Source: an uncultured Actinomycetes bacterium
GTDB lineage: Bacteria > Actinomycetota > Thermoleophilia > RBG-16-64-13
Length of the DNA: 64,000 nt
Assembly (NCBI GenBank): GCA_963706025.1
Contig: CAVPLM010000011.1
Span: forward strand, 1-64,000
Reading direction: 5' to 3'
Shown: positions 48,601-59,409 of the stretch, one piece after another
Position numbering within the stretch: the first letter of the stretch is position 1
How the letters are laid out: the number at the start of each line of letters is the position of its first letter
The notes under the pieces: model-generated
Seen by the model: the letters and a program-made list of their open reading frames with translations, nothing else
Databases searched by the model: none
Told to the model about the DNA's origin: nothing
Program-made: the position numbers and the translations under genes

Positions 48601-49774
48601 TTAACCAGAGGCTTCCTCGAGCCGCAGCAACTCGGCCAGCGCCCGCTCCCCTACTTCGAGCTGCTCGGCGGTGGGCTCGGTGGTGGTAAGGCTTCTCTGG
48701 AGGGCGCGGCCGGGCAGGAGCAACAGTCTTGCGAGTATCGAATCGCCGTTCCTGGTCGCCCAGCGCAGAGCCTCCAGAGCCGCGCCCAGGCTGACCGCCC
48801 CGGCGATGGCCGACGCCGCGGGCGTCTTGCGGCCGGAGCGTCCGCGCACCAGCAGGTTGGTGGCCACGGTCGCCAGCAAGTAGGGCCCGACCAAGTTCGA
48901 GCCGCAGCGGTCGTGCTCCTTGGCCGCGGCGGCCGAAGCCGAGGGACGCGGTCTGGACGAGGCAGACGCTGCGGCCGCTCCGCCGGGCCCCTCGCGCCCG
49001 GCCGTCGAGGCAGACGGTGCGGCCGCCCCGCCGTGCGCTTCGCGCCCGCTCTGCGAGGCGAGCGGAACGGCTCCAGAGCCCGGGGCGTCTGGAGCGGCTC
49101 CAGGGGCCCGGCCTAGCGGAGCGGCTCCGGAGGCGGCTCCAGACGCCGGTGACGGCCTGGTCGAGCGCAACGCCGCCTCTCGTCCGCCGATCACCTTGTG
49201 CTCCGCGCCGTGGTATCCCGAGATACGGGAGTTCTTGAGAGCCAGCACAGCCGGCACGAAAGCGGCCAGCGCGATCCCCGTCTCTTGCACGAGCGCCGAT
49301 CTCGGCGCCAGGGCTTTCACGGCCGATGTCGCCGCTATCGACCCGATCAGGGCCCCCGCTACCCTTCCACCCTCAAGGGGGAGCTCCGCCTGAGGAAGCT
49401 TGATCTTCACTTCGGCCAGCACCAGCAGACTCTCACCGAACCGACTCAGACCGCGGAGCAGGGGCACGCCTTCACCGCCCTCGCCGCCCCAGCCGGCTTC
49501 GCCTCGGGCTACGCCGCCCCGGCCAACGCCGCCGCGGCCAAAGCCCCGCGCCCCCGCGTGGCCGACCAAGCCGCCGCGGCCCCCGTGGCCGCTCAGACCG
49601 CCCCCAGGCAATCGGGGTTTGCGCCCCGAGGCCACGCTGATATCCCCGCCCGTGTTCCGGACGGCGGCAGCCCAGTAGCGCTCTGTAGATCACCACCACG
49701 CCATTCTTGAGAGCGATGCCGCCCATTCGCGGCGGCTGAGTCTTCGGCGGCTGGATCCTCGATGGCCGGCTCAC
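48601..49774 (-). CDS. DUF1385 domain protein (frameshifted; with low-complexity inserts)
   Basis: MGGIALKNGV, YHGAEHK, HDRCGSN, LQRSLTTTEP..QLEV. Confidence 0.85.
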
Positions 49775-51141
49775 TTGTCCTCCCCCACCCCGGCCGCTGC
49801 CGGAGTCAGTTCTTCCCGAGTGCCGGACGCGGTCGCGGCGGCCGCCACCCAAGCCATGCCGGCACTGGTGTGTAATCCGAGCGCGGCTTCCGCGGCCGCC
49901 TCCCTAGCCTCGCAGCGCCGCGCCCCCGACGCCACCGCCGCGGCCCGGGCGGCCCTGGCCCGCCGGCCGGCCGCGGCTCGATAGGGAAGGTAGATGACCA
50001 ACGTCAGCCCGATCCCGGCCAGACCCGCCACCAGGAAGAGCCGGGTGATACCCAGTGCCTCCCCCAGCACTCCGCCCAGGAGAAAGCCGGCGGTGGTCCC
50101 CATCTGGCCGAATCCGGCCCGCACCGCTATCAGCCGGCCCTTGTCCCTTGCCGCCGGCGTCTGCTGGAACATCGTGATCGAGGGCACGAAGATCCCCACG
50201 TTCGCCATTCCGCCGAGACCCATCAATACAACCGACAGGTAGAAGAAGTCGCTGAAGCTCACCGCCACCAGACAGATCCCCATGGCCACCAGCGAAAAGG
50301 CCACGTAGCGGTTCTTGTCCCCCCGGAGCGACAGGCGGCTGAAGACCAGCCCTCCCACGATCAGACCGGACGCCACGAAGATCTCCAGGACCGCCAGTCC
50401 CGATGCCCCCCGATCGAACACGTCCAGGGCCAGCCCGTAGGAGTTGGGCACGCTCATCATGACGGCTGCCGCCGCTATGGTAGCCAGCAACAGATTGACG
50501 CGCAGTCCGGGCTGCCGCCACAAGCGACCCAGCACCTTCGGAGCCTCGACGATGAGCGGCACCAATCGCGGCACCGGTCCTATCCGCGGCAAGGCCTTGG
50601 GGAGTCCCAGCAAGAGAAGACCCGACACCAGGTAGCTGGCCGCATCGATCATGAAGGTCAGGGTGTAGCCCACATAGGTAACCAGCACGCCGGCCGCCAG
50701 AAAGCCCATCAGCTCGGCTCCATCTCGGGAGACACTCAAGTAGGAATTGGCCTTCACCAGGTGCTCCCCGTCGACCAACTCGCCCACCAGCTTGATCTGC
50801 CCGGGATTGAACAGGGCCGAGCACACCCCGATGAGCGCCGCCACCAGATAGATCAGCCCCACCGCCTCCTGGGCCAGGAAGGGCATGGAGAAGATGAGCG
50901 CCGCCCGGACGACATCCGCGAGCACCATGACGTTCTTGGCGCTGAACCGGTCGAGCACGGCTCCGCCGACGAAGCTGGTCACCACCAGGGGGAAGGTGGA
51001 GATGGCCATGACCCCGCCCATGTGCAGCACCGACCCGGTGAGCTGGTACACCATGAAGGCCAGGGCCACGGTGGACATCGAGGTCCCGAGGCTGGATAGA
51101 GCCTGCGCGACTAGGATCCGGCCGAGCACGCGAAAACGCAT
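49771..51141 (-). CDS. MFS transporter (DHA3/MFS_3-like)
   Basis: About 12 TMs; AQALSSLG, GAVLDRFSAKNVMVLADVVRA. Confidence 0.9.
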   Translation of the reverse strand: MRFRVLGRILVAQALSSLGTSMSTVALAFMVYQLTGSVLHMGGVMAISTFPLVVTSFVGGAVLDRFSAKNVMVLADVVRAALIFSMPFLAQEAVGLIYLVAALIGVCSALFNPGQIKLVGELVDGEHLVKANSYLSVSRDGAELMGFLAAGVLVTYVGYTLTFMIDAASYLVSGLLLLGLPKALPRIGPVPRLVPLIVEAPKVLGRLWRQPGLRVNLLLATIAAAAVMMSVPNSYGLALDVFDRGASGLAVLEIFVASGLIVGGLVFSRLSLRGDKNRYVAFSLVAMGICLVAVSFSDFFYLSVVLMGLGGMANVGIFVPSITMFQQTPAARDKGRLIAVRAGFGQMGTTAGFLLGGVLGEALGITRLFLVAGLAGIGLTLVIYLPYRAAAGRRARAARAAAVASGARRCEAREAAAEAALGLHTSAGMAWVAAAATASGTREELTPAAAGVGEDK

Positions 51142-51261
51142 GGTCCTCCCAAACTGGGCGACATTCCAACAGATCTGGATTCGCCCGCCGCGGCGGGAAT
51201 CCTGGAGTCCCCGCGCTGCCGGTCCGCCGAGGTGGCGCGGCCGGAAGCGCCCCGCCTGGGC

Positions 51262-52782
51262 CTACGCGGCCGCCCCCGCCGCCTCGTCCTCTGTCTCGGG
51301 AGGCAACTCTCGCTCCCGGAGGAACTTGACCTTCTGGAACTCCAGGAGGAAGTCTACCTTCTCGCCCCGACGATAGTCGTCGTCGTGGGAGTCGAGAAGC
51401 TCGAGGAAGCAGTCCACCACCGCGGGATCGAACTGGGTGCCCTTGTTGTTGACCAGCTCCGATATGGCTACCTCGGTGGAGAGCTTGGACCGGTAGGGAC
51501 GGTCGCTGACCATGGCCGAGTAGCTGTCGGCCACGCAGAGGATGCGGCTGATGAAGGGGATCTCTTCGCCGGCCAACCCCACGGGATAGCCCTTGCCGTC
51601 GTAGCGCTCGTGGTGATAGAGCACCACTTTGGCCAGCTCCCGGAACTCCCCGATCTTGCTGAGGATGTTGGCCCCATCCCGGGAATGGGACTCCACCATG
51701 GCCCTGCCGATCGCGTCCAGCTTGCCCGAGGACTTGAGCGCCTCGTCCAGCATCACGATCTTGCCGACGTCGTGCATGAGGCTGGCCACGTGGGTCAGGC
51801 TCACCTCGTACTCGCTCAGGCCGAAGCTCTGGGCCATGTCCATGGCCCAGCGGGCGACGGCCGCCGAATGCTTGCGGGTGTAGTTGTCCCTGACGTCCAA
51901 GAGCGGTCACCAGGCTGGCGACGGCCTCCAGGGCCAGACGCTCGTTGCGTACGGCGAGGCGCGCGTTGTACTGGGCCAGCTCCCGCTGATGGGCGTAGGC
52001 CCGGAAGGCGTAGATGAGCCCCAGCACGGGAAGGAGGGAGACGATGATCAGCAGGGTGGATTTGAATAGCAGCCCCGGTGGTCCCGGCGGGAACCGCAAG
52101 GACGTAGTTGCGATAGATGAAGATCAGGCCCAGGCTGATGGCGAGGAAGAAGAAGTGGAAGGGCAGGAAGGGCTGAAAACCTTCCAGCCAACAGCGCTCT
52201 TCGGCGTGACTCCTCTGCGCAGCCACACCACAGGGCACGAAGACCACGAAATTCAGAACCTGAAAGAGCGATACCGGCAAGAAGCCCGATGCCAGCCACC
52301 ACCACTTCTGATGCGCCGAACTCGGCCAGCTAGAGCCCAGTAGAAGAGACCCGATCACTCCCGCGAGCGTCGCAAAGGCGCTTGCAAAGAACAGTCCCTT
52401 CTGCCAGTCTTTCCGCCGAAAGATCCATAGTTGGCTGATCGCGGCAACCACGAAGGCCCCAAGTGGACCGACGATCGCGGCAGCAAGGAAGAAGGCAAGA
52501 AACCCCGCGGACACCTCCGACCTGCGACCGAATTGCCACCCTGTACCTTTCCGTGAATAGCCCTACCGCGATAAGGAGGATAAGGCCGGGCCAGGCAAAT
52601 ACCTGCGGGGAAACGGAGGAAGGCCACTTGACCTGGGCCAACGACCAGGAACACGAGAAGCGCAATAGCGGACGCCGCCATAACGCCAACATAGAGCCCG
52701 AGCAAACTCGTTCGCCGCAGCGGAGACCAGACGATGCTCGGGCTCGACACGCTAGCGATGCTTCCCCGGCCCATAGACTCAC
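51262..52782 (-). CDS. Multi-pass membrane HD-GYP domain phosphodiesterase (frameshifted)
   Basis: YTRKHS, MHDVGKI, HHERYDGKGYP, ADSYSAMVSDRPYR, GTQFDP; hydrophobic N-terminal fragments at 51900-52780. Confidence 0.85.
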
Positions 52783-52824
52783 CTGCTGAGTGCTTCAGTC
52801 CATGTAGTCTATCGGCGCGGGATT

Positions 52825-52844
52825 CCGGAGCCTTAACGCTCCGG
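52825..52844 (-). terminator. Hairpin between the micro-ORF and the HD-GYP gene
   Basis: ccggagc-gttaag-gctccgg, a perfect 7-bp stem with no U-tract. Confidence 0.4.
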
Positions 52845-52863
52845 CGTTCTTAGCGAACGATGA

Positions 52864-52884
52864 CTACCAACTCGCGTATCTCAT
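52864..52884 (-). CDS. Putative micro-peptide MRYASW
   Basis: ATG AGA TAC GCG AGT TGG TAG, immediately preceded by GAGAGGAGAAAGGA. Confidence 0.4.
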   Translation of the reverse strand: MRYASW

Positions 52885-53095
52885 TCCTTTCTCCTCTCGC
52901 GCGAAATGGTCGGCGGAGACTGCTACTCCGAATCCGCTGAAGCGCGGTGGGCTAGCCCCGACGGCTCCCTTCTCCTTCTGGGCATGCCCACACGGTCCCA
53001 TTCACCGCATGGACTCCCAGTTCAGACCCTCAAGTCCCCCATCCGGACCTTGATGAGGATCTCCCAGCATGTCCAAAGAACACATTGTGCATACT

Positions 53096-53124
53096 AGCCT
53101 AACTACAAGATCTCGACTTGTCAA
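53096..53124 (-). promoter_or_regulatory. Sigma-A-type promoter TTGACA-17-TAGGCT
   Basis: Minus strand: ttgaca agtcgagatcttgtagt taggct. Confidence 0.7.
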
Positions 53125-53549
53125 TGATTATGATACGAACTATGAGGCAATTGTGAGAACCAGGTCCAAGCTATGCTTAACGTAGGAGTGAACTATTATT
53201 CCTAAGGTATAACTAACGATGTTAGGATTTGGGATAAATGGTTCCTTCTTGTCGTTATGGTGAAAGAAATGCCGCAAGACACTCGGTGTTTTGCGGAGCA
53301 CCAGGGCGGACTGGATAAGACAACAAGGGATTGGCTTTTTCGTCAAGAGTGACTTGCTTGTCATGGATTGACGTTTCCGCCACGTTCGGGGGACTTAGGC
53401 AACTCGGGGGAGCCAAGCCGGTCAGCGTCTCCGGAGGTCCCCTTGCCCTCGTTGTCGCCCCCGGTTCTTCTCCTCCGTCTTCTCTGCCAATCCCGACCGG
53501 CTATTATGCACCTCGTAGGAGCGACCCCACACCGGAGCCAACGGCAGGC

Positions 53550-53775
53550 ATGACCACCCTCAGCATCCTCAGCTATCTCTCGCGTGCCTATCACGCCAAT
53601 CCCGAGGCCGAGGTCTCCGGGGTCGAGCTTCAGCGCGAGTTGGGCTTGGACGCGGCCACGGTCCAGGCGTGCTGTGGCCGAACTGGCCCGTCAGGGTCTG
53701 GTGGAGTGGGATCCCCTGCTCAGTAACATCTGGCTCCGCATCACCGACAAAGGCTTGGCGGCGGCGCGTCGGTAG
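53550..53775 (+). CDS. Small winged-helix-like protein (one frameshift)
   Basis: MTTLSILSYLSRAYHANPEAEVSGVELQRELGLDAATVQA.VAELARQGLVEWDPLLSNIWLRITDKGLAAARR. Confidence 0.65.
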
Positions 53776-53844
53776 CCCTGAGCCGCTGCGCCCCGATTGC
53801 CCTGAGCGACCACCCCCGGACCACCCCCAGGCCGCCCCTACCCC

Positions 53845-56461
53845 CTACTCCTCGGTCTGCTCCCAGGTGATCAGGGGCAGCTCGTGGGGCACCAGCACGT
53901 CGCCGTGGCAGGGGAGCACCCGCACCGCATATCCGTGCAGGCCCGAGACCCGGCTGGGCACGCTGCCCCGGTAGACGTGCTCGCCTCCCTCGCGCCCCAC
54001 CCATTCCAGCTCGGTGCCGTGGCCGTTGCTGAGCGACCCGTCCGGACGCAGGCGGCTGTAGTAGGCTTCCACCACGACTTCCTCTTGACTCAGCTCTCCC
54101 AGGTGGACCTTGGCCGTCACCTCGACGCCCTCGCCCACGGCTATGTTGAAGTGACCCCGTTCCTCCACCCCCACGACCTGCACCTCGCTCCAGGCTTTGC
54201 GCACCCGGGCCTTCCAGGCCGCAAGCTCTTTGGCCAGGGCGTATCCATCGGCTTCCAGGCGGCGGAAGTGCTCGCTCGCGGGCAGGTAGAAGCGTTCCAC
54301 GTACTGCTTGACCATGCGGTCGCCGGAGAAGGTGGGGGCCAGGATGCGGATGGAGTCCTTCATCATGGCGATCCAGCCCCGGGGTAGGCCGTCGGCGTCG
54401 CGGTCGTAGAACAGGGGGATTATCTCGCGCTCCAAGAGGGAGTAGAGAGCCTCGGCATCGACCTCGTCCTGATACCCGGTGTGGACGAATTCTTGCCCGT
54501 CTCCTATCGCCCAGCCCACGCCGGGCCGGTAGGCTTCGGCCCACCACCCGTCGAGCACCGAGAGATGGAGCCCCCCGTTGGGCACCACCTTCATGCCGCT
54601 GGTGCCGCAGGCCTCGTAGGGACGGCGGGGCGTGTTCAGCCACACGTCCACCCCCTGCACCATCATGGCCGTCTTGCGCACGTCGTAGTCTTCCAGGAAC
54701 ACCACCTGGTCGGTCAGACCCTCGCGCCGCACCATGTCCAGCATGCTCCGGATGAACTCCTTGCCCGCTCCGTCGCGGGGATGGGCCTTGCCGGCTACGA
54801 GCAGCTGCACCGGCCGGGCCTCGTCCAGGAGGAGGGCCTTGAGACGGCCCGTGTCCCGGAACAGGAGCGTGGCCCGCTTGTAGGTGGCGAAGCGCCGGGC
54901 GAAGCCGATGGTGAGGGCGTCGGGACGCAGGGGCGGATGGGTCGGCGGCCCTACTCCGGTCGCGCTCCGTCGCTCGCGCCCCTGCAGCTCGGCCTGCTCG
55001 CGCGCGTAGGCCACCAGGCGCTCGCGCAGGCGGGAGTGGGTGCGCCAGAGCTCCAGGTCGGGGATGCGTTCCACCCGCTGCCAGGCCTCCCGGGCCGAGG
55101 CGTCCTCCCGCCACCGGGGTCCCAGGTAGTGGTCGTAGAGCTGCCCCATCTCGGCCGCCATCCAGGTCTCGGTGTGCACCCCGTTGGTGATCGACTCGAT
55201 GGGCATGTCGCCCCGGGGGAAGTCCGGCCATCCGGGCTCCATCATCCGGGCCGTCACCCGGCGATGCAGGCGGCTGACGGCGTTGCGGCGCGGCGACAGG
55301 CGCAGGGCCAGCGCGGCCACGTTGAACTCCTCGTCCGGGTCGCCGTTGACCCGGCCCATGCGCATGAACTCCTCCGGCTCCAGCCCCAGTTTCTCGAGAT
55401 AGGTGCTCAGGTAGTCTTCGATCAGCTCCTGGGAGAAGAGGTCGAACCCGGCCGGGACCGGCGTGTGGGTGGTGAACAGCGTGCCCGCGCCGGTGGCTTG
55501 GCGGGCCTCCAAGAACGAGAGCCCGGCAGTACCCATCAACCCGCGCAACCGCTCCAAGCTGGCGAAGACGGCATGTCCCTCGTTGAGATGGCACATCTGC
55601 GGCTCGATGCCCAGGGCCCTGAGGGCCCGCATCCCGCCGATGCCGAGCACCAGCTCCTGGGCCAGCCGCTCCTCGGTCCCTCCGCCATACAGCTCGTTGG
55701 TGATGCGCTGGGCGGCAGGCGTCGTTCTCGGGGATCACCGTATCGAGCAGGTACAAGGGGATGCGCCCCACATCGACCTTCCACACCTTGACCCAGACGG
55801 GGCGCCCGCCCATGTCGATCAAGACCTTGAGGGGCGCGGCAGCCGCGGCGGCCGCGCCGGCGCCCGCGCCCGGACCCGGACCAGACGCCCCGGCGCTCGG
55901 GGCCGGCACCGGCCGTATGGGCAGCGTGCTCAGATCGTGCACGTGATACTCCTCGTGCTGCCACCCGCCGTCGTCGAGGTGTTGCACGAAGTAGCCCTTG
56001 TTGTAGAGGAGACCGACCGCCACCAGAGGTATGTCCAGCCCGCTGGCCGCTTTGAGATGATCGCCGGCCAGCACGCCCAGACCCCCGGAATAGATGGGCA
56101 GGGAGGCGGTCAGCCCGTACTCCATGCAGAAGTAGGCCACGCGTAGGTCGGCGCGCTCGGGATACCGCAGCCGGAACCACCCCGGCTCGGTCATGTAGCG
56201 GCGCAGATCGTCCAGCGCCCCATCCAGGTGGGTGAGGAAGGCCGCGTCGCCGGCCGCCTGCTCCAGCCGCTCCCGCGAGATGCGGCGCAGCAGCGACACC
56301 GGGTTCCCGGCGTACTTCTCCAGCATCTCCGGGTCGAGGTGCTGGAACACCTTGAAGGCCCGGCTGTCCCAGGTCCAACGCAGGTTGTACGCCAGCTCCT
56401 CGAGCCCGCTCAGGCGCGCGGGAACCTCGGGATGGACGCTGAAAGTATGGATCTTTAGCAC
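53845..56461 (-). CDS. glgP: Alpha-glucan (glycogen) phosphorylase (frameshifted)
   Basis: AYFCMEYG, YSGGLGVLAGDHLK, HLNEGH, FARRFATYKRA, EACGTSGMK. Confidence 0.95.
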
Positions 56462-56705
56462 TTCTTGCCCCTCACAGGCGCCGCGGTCCGCCCTGCCGCT
56501 CCGCGCCCCCTCATGTCGCCACGCCCTCCGGCCACGGGCCCAGGCCCGGGTGGGCCGGCCGCCGGCTTCAGCCGCCGACTTTCACAGTAACCATTATCGG
56601 CAAATCCGACCGATTATCCCATACGACGGAAGGGGATCTCCTCCTGCAGGCCGGGCGTTATCGGGCCGCCCAACCACCGGCGCTCTACAGACGCCGGTCG
56701 GGAGC

Positions 56706-57149
56706 CTAGTCGCGCCCCGCTCGAGCCGAAGCATCGCGCCTGCGCGCCGCCTCCCGGGCTAAGTGAGCGATCGTCGTCCCTTCGAATAGATCATCCAGGA
56801 GCCGGGCGGCCTCCATCCAGACATCGCGGGTCGGACAGGTGGATGATCTCTCGCAATCATGTGCCGAGTAGCACGGTGCCGGGGCCACCCTACCCTCCAC
56901 CGCTCGCAGCACGTCCGCGATGGTGGTGGTCTCCGGATCGGAGGCCAGCGAGAATCCGCCGGCCCTTCCGCGGTGGCTCGCGACCAGGCCGGCAACCTTG
57001 AGCCGGATCATGATCTGCTCCACGTAGTCTGGCGAGATCGCCTCCGCGCGGCCGATCTCGAACTTGCTGACAGGTCTGCCCGGTTCTTGAGAGGCCAGAA
57101 AGACCATGATCCTGGAAGCGAATCTGCCCTTGGTGGAGATAGGCATCAT
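56706..57149 (-). CDS. Rrf2-family transcriptional regulator (three Cys, IscR-like)
   Basis: STKGRFA, YVEQIM, SHRGRAGGF, CYSAHDCERSSTC. Confidence 0.92.
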   Translation of the reverse strand: MMPISTKGRFASRIMVFLASQEPGRPVSKFEIGRAEAISPDYVEQIMIRLKVAGLVASHRGRAGGFSLASDPETTTIADVLRAVEGRVAPAPCYSAHDCERSSTCPTRDVWMEAARLLDDLFEGTTIAHLAREAARRRDASARAGRD

Positions 57150-57190
57150 GGCCGAGACTCCTCACTGTCCTCGCTGCGTTTAAAAGATGA

Positions 57191-57219
57191 TTGACATGGT
57201 TATCTTACTCATGTAATAT
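57191..57219 (+). promoter_or_regulatory. Promoter TTGACA-17-TAATAT overlapped by the inverted repeat ACATG-N11-CATGT (candidate Rrf2 operator)
   Basis: ttgacatggttatcttactcatgtaatat, about 40 bp upstream of the rrf2 start on the opposite strand. Confidence 0.6.
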
Positions 57220-57451
57220 ACACCATAACGCAGCCGGGGGCCATACCCCGCAGAGTATGTGAGGGATGGTCCCGAAGTGCGGCAGCACCAAACGCGCCAC
57301 ACAACAGTATTGATCGCGGGAGAGAGGAGCTGATATCTGAGCAAGCGTCGGCGTGTTCCTGTGTAGCAATGCTGGTGGGTAAACACGAGTGCACTCGGTC
57401 CAGTTCATGGATGTCTGGATCATTGACAAGTCTCAAGGGGGACGAATTTTC

Positions 57452-57937
57452 ATGAGAACAGTAATGACCATAACCGCGATTGTGTTGGGCGTCGCCGTAC
57501 TCGCCTGCGGTATAGCCTCGATAACCCTTAGCCATACCAACGCCACCGACCTTGCCGACCGTCTGAAGCAGGAGAAAGTGTCTCTCCGCGTTTTCGATGA
57601 GACCGCGCCGGAGGACGCCATCATCACCAACGCGGCCCAGGCCCGCGCAGCCGCCGATATTCTCAATGAACACCGTAAGGGGATCTCCCCTACCTATTCC
57701 GAACTGCTGGGTGGTAAACGCTTCGACGCGACGAATCCCAAGCAGCTCACCTACATGGCGGGGATGACCCTCGAAGGTCAGCTGAACGTGGCGGCATTGG
57801 CCTTCGGACTCACGACTGTGCTCTTGTTCAACGGCATAGTCATGATCCTCATCGGCATCGCGCTGATCGTGGTGTCGGTGGCCGTCTGGCTCTATCACGT
57901 GCATCCCAAGAAGGAACCCGCAGAAAACGTGGTTTAG
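57452..57937 (+). CDS. Hypothetical membrane protein (TMs at both termini)
   Basis: RLKQEKV...ARAAADILNEH...PTYSEL...TLEGQLNVAALAFG. Confidence 0.75.
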   Translation: MRTVMTITAIVLGVAVLACGIASITLSHTNATDLADRLKQEKVSLRVFDETAPEDAIITNAAQARAAADILNEHRKGISPTYSELLGGKRFDATNPKQLTYMAGMTLEGQLNVAALAFGLTTVLLFNGIVMILIGIALIVVSVAVWLYHVHPKKEPAENVV

Positions 57938-58035
57938 ATCCGGGCGGTACAAGTACGCACGGCGTGAACCAGACTGGTCGCGCCACTTGCCGACGAGGCT
58001 CCCGCTAGACCCGGGAGCCTCGTCTCTTCGGACCC

Positions 58036-58999
58036 CTACCGGGCCGGCTTGGAGTACGACAGGTAGCTCTTGTACTTGGCCACCTTCGTTGGGCAGTTCG
58101 TCCACGTTTGCCGGCCACACCAGGGACCTGTTCGCCAGTTCTTCCAGGTGCTCGAACTTGCCCGAGAGGAGCATATGGGAGTGGACCTTTTCTTCTTCCG
58201 GGACCTCGAACCTGACCTTGCCGTCGACGACGTTCAAGGTCCCCCTCACGCCGCAGATGCCGCAGATGGTGGGATAGCTGTCCTCGGCGTTGCGGATCTC
58301 CAACAGTTTGGAGTGACAGATGGGGCACAGGCCCGGCTGGCCGATGTACTCCGCTTCTTCCAGGGGCTTCTTCAGCGTCTCGGCCACGTGCCGGCCCGAC
58401 CTGTGGGCCCGCTCCAAGAGATCGTCCCTTAGGGCGACCACCTTCGGTAGTCCGACCCAGTTGACCACGATCTTGTCCACCACCTCGATCTGCATGGAGA
58501 GGGTGAACAGGTGCATCAGGGGTAGAGCCAGCGTGTCCCACTCGCTCCCCCCCACGGCTATGAGGGAGGCAGCCCGGGGTTTGAAGGCCCGTTCGTCCGG
58601 GCCCTCACCGGTGGTGATGCCCCGCTCGGCCCGCATCTTCTTGGCGGCCATTCGGAAGGCCTGGTCGTGCGAGGGGCCCATGCGGTCGTTCAGGCATTTC
58701 AGCTGGCCACTGGGAGTCTTCTCGTAGATGGGAGAGCCGAGGATGAGCCCGTCGCACTCCATGATCTTCTCGTCTATGAAGGGCAGGTCGTCGTTCTTGA
58801 TGGTGCAGCGGCCCGGGCCGCACTTCTCGAACAGGTCGATCACGCAGGAGTTGCAGCCGGTACAGGGCTTGATGTTGAGATCGTGCAGGTGCACGAGTTC
58901 GACCTCGGCTCCCGCCTCCTCCGCGCCCATCAGCGCCTCTTTGACGAGGATCTCGGTGTTGCTCAGCCGCCTACCACAGGAAATGCCCAGTACCTTCAT
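58036..58999 (-). CDS. Flavodoxin-like reductase with a C-terminal Zn ribbon; flavone reductase (FLR)-like
   Basis: EALMGA, CTGCNSC, DRMGPSHD, VGGSEW, CPICHS, ICGICG, LSGKFEH; one frameshift near the 3' end. Confidence 0.85.
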
Positions 59000-59351
59000 C
59001 GAGATCGCTCCTTAGAACTCGTTTCAGAATGAAGCTCCGCCGCCAGGGACACCCTGGGCGAGCGCGAGAGAAGAACGCAGGAAGCGAGTATAGCAGCGCT
59101 ATTTGCGCGACCGAGGACGTACGGTCGTGCCGTCCAGGGTGCACTAGGCGGCCGCGGCTTCATTTTGAAACGAGTTGTTAGCCCTTATGAACGGAGGGTG
59201 GTTTTCCGCGCACGGCACGTCGTCGCGAGAAACACGAACGGCCGCACAGACAGCGGCCATGATACCGGAAGGCATTTGTTTTGGCGCGGGCCGGGTGTCC
59301 GCGTGGCCGCCCGCAACGTCCCGGGATCGGCTTCAGCGCTCCGCGCCGGGG

Positions 59352-59409
59352 ATCGTCTAGAACGGCGCGGACGACCACCAATCGTCTAGAACGGCGCGAA
59401 CGACCACCC
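59352..59409. repeat. 29-bp tandem duplication spanning a stop codon
   Basis: atcgtctagaacggcgcggacgaccacca / atcgtctagaacggcgcgaacgaccaccc. Confidence 0.85.

Noticed and set aside
53115-57432. Identical 14-mer atcattgacaagtc at 53115-53128 (minus) and 57419-57432 (plus)
   Set aside because: It centres on TTGACA, and one such match can arise by chance. The second copy lacks a proper -10, so support for a shared operator is too weak.
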